DNA from: an uncultured bacterium
Lineage (GTDB): Bacteria; Fidelibacterota; JAANXI01
Reading direction: 5' to 3'
Assembly (NCBI GenBank): GCA_964413425.1
Contig: CAYPST010000010.1
Span: 5,070 to 69,069 of the forward strand
Length of the DNA stretch: 64,000 bases
Positions 58,493 to 64,000 of this stretch are shown piece by piece. A program made the position numbers and the translations under genes. A model generated the notes under the pieces. That model made no database searches. It was not told where the DNA came from and saw only the letters and a list, made by a program, of their open reading frames with translations. Positions within the stretch are counted from its first letter, which is position 1. Each line of letters starts with the position of its first letter.

Positions 58493-61400
58493 TTGAGACG
58501 TACAATGAATCTCCGGAGATTATTAACCGAGAAACAATTCAGGATGACAGTCCTCATATCCGTATTGCTCGGCATTTTGTATGGAGTCGTTGATGCAGCC
58601 CTGGATGCGTATGTCTTTTATGGGGGGCAATTCCTCGAACTGGCAATCTATGAAGTACCCCCGCATGAAATATATGTCCGGGGCATATCCCTGGCGATTT
58701 TTGTTGCTTTCGGCGTAATTCTGGGTGTATTACGCCACCATCATCAACAGGAATTGCAGCATCACAACGATCAGGATCTGAGAATACTCCAGGGGATGGG
58801 ATGTGGCCTGATTACCACCGATTGTGCGGGGAACATCACCTTTCTGAATACGGCTGCTCAACAGCTTACCGGCTGGCGCGAGGGAGAAGCCACAGGCAAG
58901 CATTATTCTGATGTCTTCCGCATTCCGGCTGCGGATATGATCACCCCGGTGATCCAGGAGCATCGGATTGTCGAATCGCTTGATGGCAACCAGTTGGTTT
59001 CAAAAGAAGGCCATGAATCGCTGATCACTTACACGGTCGCTCCCAGGTATCATTCCGGGAACATCAGCGGTGCGATCATCACCTTTCACGAGAACACTCC
59101 CAGAGATGAATTAACCGGAAAAATTCGTGAAAACGAGGAGCTCCACCGTCTGGTTCTGAGGGAAATCAGTGATACTGTTCTTATCACGGATGACCAGGGC
59201 GAATTTACATACGTCTGTCCTAATGTGGAAGTGATTTTCGGTTATACTCCACAGGAAGTGAACGCCATGGGTTCAATCACGGTGTTAATGGGAGAGGTGC
59301 AGATGGAGCCGTCGGAAGTGGAAAAACTCGGTGAACTCCGAAACCTGGAACACACCATCATTGATAAATCCGGCCATGCTCACCATCTGCTGACCTCGGT
59401 CAAGGCAGTCGATATTCAGGGGGGCACTCTTCTCTATACCTGCCGGGATATCAGTGACCGCAAAGCGGTGGAAGAGGAGCTGCAGTTCCACTCCCGGATG
59501 TTGAACCAGGTGGGCGAAGCGGTGATTGCTACCGATCCGGCAGGGGAAATCATCTACTGGAATACGACTGCGGAGGTTCTCTACGGATGGAGCCGGAGTG
59601 AAGCTGTGGGCAAAAACGTTGTTGAAGTTACCACTACACCGGAGGTTGCCGAGGGGGCCGAGGAAATAATCCAAACGCTGCGGAACGGGCAATGCTGGTC
59701 CGGCACATTTCCGGTGCGGCGGAAGGATGGCAGTGTTTTCCAGGCTTTCGTCACCGATGCTCCGGTGCTGGACAGCAATGGGAACCTTGCTGCGATTATC
59801 GGAACCTCCAGAGATATTTCCGAACAAGTTGCGGCCTATACAGCCCTTAAGGAGAGCGAAGCACAATTCCGTACCATCTTTGAGGAAGCCCCCATCGGAA
59901 TGGCACTGGTAGATGAATCCGGCATTTTTCTGGAAGTCAATAGCAACCTCTGTCGCCTGTTGGGGTATTCGAAGGAAGAATTGTGTACCAAAAACTGGGA
60001 GGATCTCACCCATCCGGATGATCTCCAAAAGAATAAACGGGAAGCAACCCGGCTGATTTCCGGCGAAATATCCAGCCTGCAATTAGAAAAAAGATATATC
60101 ACAAAGCACGGGACTACCATGTGGGCAAATGTGAGTGTATCCCTGGGGGGCACAATTGAAGATCGAGTATTTCAGATTACCATGATAGAAGACATTACCA
60201 GCCAGAAACAGGCGGAACGTGCGTTAATGGACAGTGAAACCCGGTTCCGGAATATCTGGGAATGTTCCCCGGAAGCCATGTGTCTTACTGATGCGGAAGG
60301 GGTTCTCATGCTGGTGAATCCGGCATTTGCCCGGTTGGTGAACATCGACAGTGAGAAGTTGGTCGGCACCTCGTTTATCGAATTATTCCAGGAGAGTGAC
60401 CGGCAGGAGTATTTGCAGCAATACCGGGAATATTTTCGCAGGGAGGGTTTACCGGACACCATTGAAGAAGAAGTCACCTTTGTTGGTGAGAAAACGAAAT
60501 ACCTTGAGATTACCAATTCCTTCATGGAATTCGGGGATGATCGACAACCACTGTTGTTCAGTATTATTCGCGATTTGACTGTGCAGAAATCCATGGAACA
60601 AGAACTGATCCAGGCACAAAAGCTGGAATCACTGGGAGAAATCGCTGGTGGGATTGCACATGATTTCAACAATGTATTAACTGCCATTGATATTCCCGCA
60701 CATATCCAGGAAACGCAAAATACACAAAAGGAACTGGACCAGTATATTAAGATCATTCAGTCAAGTCTTGAGTGGGGTAAATCAGTTACGGAACGTATGC
60801 TGACATTTATTCGCTCCACCGAGCCGAAGAAGCAGGTGATTTCTCTGGAATCTTTTTTAAACGACTTCAAAGAAATTGCCGTCCATACTCTTCCGCCTTA
60901 TGTGAATCTGCGAATCCTGTCAGGTACGGAACCTGATGGAATTCTGGCTGATCCCGGACAGTTGCAGCAAATACTCTTCACATTGTGTATCAATGCGTCA
61001 GATGCCATGCCCAGGGGTGGCACGATCACGCTTGGATTCCGCGAACTGAGTGAAGAAGAACTCCAAAAACACGCCAGCGGTCGCCGGGATAGCTATCGCT
61101 GTTTGCTTGTCGAGGATGAAGGGGATGGGATGAATAGTGAAACATTGCACCATATTTTTGAGCCATTTTTTACAACCAAGAGTCCTGAGATAGGGACCGG
61201 ACTCGGGTTGGCAGTGGTGAAGAAACTTGTGCACATGCATCAGGGATGGATTGACGTTTCCAGTGAACCTAGAGCAGGCACCAGGTTCATAATCGGACTG
61301 CCTGCGGCGAAAACGCCTTCTGACCGCATCCGAACGACCACAGAACATAGGGAGGAAAGTCTGCCTGCTGGCAATGGTGAGACGCTCTTACTGGTAGAGG

Positions 61401-61771
61401 ATGAACGAAGCATCCTGAACGCCTTATCTAAATCATTTGAACATCTGGACTATAAAGTACTTACCGCTTCCAGTGGTACCGAGGCGGGAATTCGGATGAA
61501 GGAAAATCCCGGAAAGATCGATATGTTGATCACGGATATCGGACTGCCGGATATGAACGGCCGGGAGCTTGTCTTCAAATTCAAAGCACTTTTTCCTCAT
61601 GCACCAGTCATTGTCACAACCGGATATGTGGATGAATCGCTGAAGGATGAACTCTATGCCGCCGGAGTGAACAAAATCGTAACAAAGCCTTTCAATATTC
61701 GAACTATCTCACCCGTGATCAGACGTTTATTCAAACAGAGACCGGTAATGGAAACTGATCAGAAGGAGTAA
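58493..61771 (+). CDS. membrane-anchored multi-PAS hybrid sensor histidine kinase (HisKA-HATPase-REC)
   Basis: Two N-terminal TM helices, about 5 PAS/PAC domains, H-box GGIAHDFNNVL, ATPase G-boxes, C-terminal receiver (LVEDERS...DMLITDIGLPDMNG). Confidence 0.85.
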   Translation: MRRTMNLRRLLTEKQFRMTVLISVLLGILYGVVDAALDAYVFYGGQFLELAIYEVPPHEIYVRGISLAIFVAFGVILGVLRHHHQQELQHHNDQDLRILQGMGCGLITTDCAGNITFLNTAAQQLTGWREGEATGKHYSDVFRIPAADMITPVIQEHRIVESLDGNQLVSKEGHESLITYTVAPRYHSGNISGAIITFHENTPRDELTGKIRENEELHRLVLREISDTVLITDDQGEFTYVCPNVEVIFGYTPQEVNAMGSITVLMGEVQMEPSEVEKLGELRNLEHTIIDKSGHAHHLLTSVKAVDIQGGTLLYTCRDISDRKAVEEELQFHSRMLNQVGEAVIATDPAGEIIYWNTTAEVLYGWSRSEAVGKNVVEVTTTPEVAEGAEEIIQTLRNGQCWSGTFPVRRKDGSVFQAFVTDAPVLDSNGNLAAIIGTSRDISEQVAAYTALKESEAQFRTIFEEAPIGMALVDESGIFLEVNSNLCRLLGYSKEELCTKNWEDLTHPDDLQKNKREATRLISGEISSLQLEKRYITKHGTTMWANVSVSLGGTIEDRVFQITMIEDITSQKQAERALMDSETRFRNIWECSPEAMCLTDAEGVLMLVNPAFARLVNIDSEKLVGTSFIELFQESDRQEYLQQYREYFRREGLPDTIEEEVTFVGEKTKYLEITNSFMEFGDDRQPLLFSIIRDLTVQKSMEQELIQAQKLESLGEIAGGIAHDFNNVLTAIDIPAHIQETQNTQKELDQYIKIIQSSLEWGKSVTERMLTFIRSTEPKKQVISLESFLNDFKEIAVHTLPPYVNLRILSGTEPDGILADPGQLQQILFTLCINASDAMPRGGTITLGFRELSEEELQKHASGRRDSYRCLLVEDEGDGMNSETLHHIFEPFFTTKSPEIGTGLGLAVVKKLVHMHQGWIDVSSEPRAGTRFIIGLPAAKTPSDRIRTTTEHREESLPAGNGETLLLVEDERSILNALSKSFEHLDYKVLTASSGTEAGIRMKENPGKIDMLITDIGLPDMNGRELVFKFKALFPHAPVIVTTGYVDESLKDELYAAGVNKIVTKPFNIRTISPVIRRLFKQRPVMETDQKE

Positions 61772-61775
61772 ACCG

Positions 61776-63878
61776 ATGTCAGTCGAAACCAGTATCGAAA
61801 CCTTCGATCTGCATCTCAACAATGTTTTGGACGGAGGAATCCCGGCACCCTCATTCAATATTCTTGCCGGGCAGCCCGGCACGGGAAAAACCATCTTCTG
61901 TCAGCAGCTGCTTTTCCATCATATCACCACGCATCCGGATTCGTCGGTTTTATATCTCACTACCTTATCGGAACCCCCGGCGAAAATTCTGCGATTTATG
62001 CGCGGCTTTACATTTTTCCATGCTGATCTCATTGGTTCGACTATCCACATCGATGATATTGGGGGAACCCTACGGAAAAATTCTCTCGAAGAGGTGCTGA
62101 AAACCATCCTGAGCAAAGTGCAAAAGGTTGACGCTGAAGTCCTGGTCATAGATTCGTTCAAAGCTATTCGGGACTTTACCGAAGATAAGGAGGTATTTCG
62201 GAAATTTATTTATCGCCTGGCCATTCGGCTGTATAATGAAGGTTGTACCGCCATACTGGTGGGGGAATATGATACACAACGACTGACCAGCGGGGCAGAG
62301 TTTGCCATTGCAGATGGGATTATTTCTCTGACGCTTAAATTGGTTGCCGGAGAGTATCAGCGCACGCTCCAGGTTATGAAACTCCGTGGCCGAAATGCAT
62401 GGCTGGGACCAATACCTTTTATCATCGTACCGGAGGGAATAACAGCGCTGACATCCGGACTGAGCAATCCGGTATCATCGGAATTAAGGAGGAGGACTTG
62501 CGAGCCGACCGGAATTACAGGCCTGGATGCTCTGCTGAATGGAGGACTGTGTCGGGGGCGGGCCATCATTTTGTCCGGCGTCTCAGGGACCGGGAAAACC
62601 ACCTTGTCGCTCCAGATCCTTTCCAATGCCTCTAAGTGTGGGCAGCGAGGCTTGTATTATTCCTTTGAAGAGCCGGCAGCAGATTTATTGACGACAGCAG
62701 CGTCGTTCGGCTGGGAGTTACACTCGAAGCTGGAATCCGGGTTGATAAGACTGGTGCATATCCCCCAAACCGCCATTCGCATTGAAGAGAACCTAAAAGC
62801 TATCCGGGACGACATCGAGGAATTTCAGCCTGACTGGGTCGTACTGGATTCCTTTTCGTTGTTTCTCCACCGCGTGAAAAACGATGCCATAATTCGGGAG
62901 AAGACCTATCAGGTGAAAAACATGGTGTACCAGGCAAATGCAGTCGGATTGTTACTCTCGGATATCCCGGCAGACGCACCGGAGCAGTTCTCACGATTTG
63001 GAGTTGAAGAGACCATCGGAGATGGGACAATTCGATTAAGCAGCAAGATGAAACATACAGCCAGGCACAGATTCATAGAAGTGTACAAAATGCGACAGGT
63101 GAACCACGTTACCGGACAACATCGCATGGAAATTTCCGGGAACGGAATCGAAGTGATGTATATACCACCTTCAAACCATGGAAAGTTGAAATCCCCTTCG
63201 CCCCTTACGTTTTCTCCGGTGCAACCACTATTTCATGATGAGATTCGGTACGGATCAGCCTGGCTCGTCCGCGGTCAGGCAGGCATAGGAAAATCCACAC
63301 TCGCACTTCAGTTCGCTGCGGAAGGATTACAAAACGGAGAATCCGTATTGTTTATCACTGCCGATACGATACAAAATGGATTGGAAAAAATGAACATTCA
63401 ACCGGAACAGTATCAAAAAAAGCACAAGTTTCATCTGCTGGATGGGTATAGTGGAAGCCAGAAGGGGCTCAATTTGACAGATGGGAGTGGATTACTGTAT
63501 GTCATTGCCCGGACGATGGAATCCTATGACCCTCCGTTGAGAATTATCTTCGATTCGGTCACCCCGCTGGCAGCCAGTTTTAACAGTGCTCAATTTATTG
63601 ATTTGATACAGCAAAAGAACCGGTTATTGCGTCAACCCGGCGTCGTAATTCTGGATACCCACCTGCATGAGAATATGGATAATGAACCTTTACCGGAATT
63701 ACTTAATGTGTATGATATCGTGATGGATTTGTTCAGTACTGCCGGTGCTGATTTCTCCGAGGGCACTGAAAACCGGAGATATCTGCGAATGAGGAAATCC
63801 AGAGGAGGTCGGACCGATCGGACCGCCGTTCCGTTCTCCATCTCAGCGGAACAAGGTATTGTCATCGATGCCCCCTAA
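61776..63878 (+). CDS. KaiC-like RecA-superfamily ATPase with three tandem KaiC domains
   Basis: Three Walker A sites (AGQPGTGKT at ~res 35, SGVSGTGKT at ~270, GQAGIGKS at ~500), each followed by hhhh-DS Walker B (VLVIDSF, VVLDSFS, IIFDSVT) and a K(M/L)R-G motif. The gene starts 4 bp after the kinase gene. Confidence 0.75.
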   Translation: MSVETSIETFDLHLNNVLDGGIPAPSFNILAGQPGTGKTIFCQQLLFHHITTHPDSSVLYLTTLSEPPAKILRFMRGFTFFHADLIGSTIHIDDIGGTLRKNSLEEVLKTILSKVQKVDAEVLVIDSFKAIRDFTEDKEVFRKFIYRLAIRLYNEGCTAILVGEYDTQRLTSGAEFAIADGIISLTLKLVAGEYQRTLQVMKLRGRNAWLGPIPFIIVPEGITALTSGLSNPVSSELRRRTCEPTGITGLDALLNGGLCRGRAIILSGVSGTGKTTLSLQILSNASKCGQRGLYYSFEEPAADLLTTAASFGWELHSKLESGLIRLVHIPQTAIRIEENLKAIRDDIEEFQPDWVVLDSFSLFLHRVKNDAIIREKTYQVKNMVYQANAVGLLLSDIPADAPEQFSRFGVEETIGDGTIRLSSKMKHTARHRFIEVYKMRQVNHVTGQHRMEISGNGIEVMYIPPSNHGKLKSPSPLTFSPVQPLFHDEIRYGSAWLVRGQAGIGKSTLALQFAAEGLQNGESVLFITADTIQNGLEKMNIQPEQYQKKHKFHLLDGYSGSQKGLNLTDGSGLLYVIARTMESYDPPLRIIFDSVTPLAASFNSAQFIDLIQQKNRLLRQPGVVILDTHLHENMDNEPLPELLNVYDIVMDLFSTAGADFSEGTENRRYLRMRKSRGGRTDRTAVPFSISAEQGIVIDAP

Positions 63879-64000
63879 CGGGGGGCGAGAGGCATTCCCC
63901 TTTCGAATTTCTGGCAGAAGGAAGGCATGACCTGCATAGAAAGCCCTGCGACCTCGGCCAGTTCCGGAGAGTAGCAAGCGGCGAGATTTTCCCGAAAAGT

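Noticed and set aside
59285-60082. 265-aa - ORF
   Set aside because: Antisense to the hybrid histidine kinase gene.
1-64000. CRISPR arrays, rRNA, tRNA, prophage, integrase or transposase genes
   Set aside because: No direct-repeat/spacer arrays. No rRNA-like conserved blocks. No tyrosine or serine recombinase or DDE transposase motifs seen. The only mobile DNA recognised is non-autonomous MITEs.

Overview
This 64-kb window looks like chromosomal DNA from a Gram-negative bacterium. The evidence for Gram-negative is two TonB-family genes, HlyD-type and lipobox lipoproteins, and a Tat signal peptide. Gene density is high on both strands, and I found no rRNA, tRNA or CRISPR arrays. The content, from left to right:

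- **1–3.4 kb:** an efflux operon (TetR regulator, HlyD adaptor, ABC ATPase, degenerate second ATPase, ABC-2 permease) organised like E. coli ybiH-ybhGFSR, with a palindromic operator in front of the TetR gene.
- **3.8–11 kb:** secreted and membrane proteins, including a putative DUF4038-type glycoside hydrolase (tentative) and two FG-GAP/VCBS beta-propeller proteins.
- **11–35 kb:** TonB paralogs, a TPR protein with a GWxTD-like motif, housekeeping enzymes (AKR, cupin, SDR, purU), transporters (GntP, NTT/MFS-like), secreted hydrolases, an intact formylglycine-generating enzyme, and a sulfatase pseudogene remnant.
- **35–38 kb and 57.9–63.9 kb:** two loci encoding PAS-rich hybrid histidine kinases. 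The second is a response regulator – hybrid kinase – KaiC-like ATPase operon, and that KaiC homolog has three tandem RecA/KaiC domains.
- **38.8–56.3 kb:** the most striking block. It encodes an OpuC-type quaternary-amine ABC importer, a long SAM methyltransferase, an asparagine-synthetase pair in which one member lacks the catalytic Cys, three non-pyrrolysine MttB-family methyltransferase paralogs, a B12-binding corrinoid protein, a methyl-H4folate:corrinoid methyltransferase, a standalone MetH-activation-domain-like protein, and a RamA/RACo-type reductive activase. This is a corrinoid-dependent quaternary-amine demethylation island.
- **Interspersed:** two small MITE families (one nested inside the other, with target-site duplications), a three-copy ~170–200-bp repeat (R1) found upstream of both kinase loci, a 21-bp × 12 tandem array, and a TTCAA-rich repeat tract.
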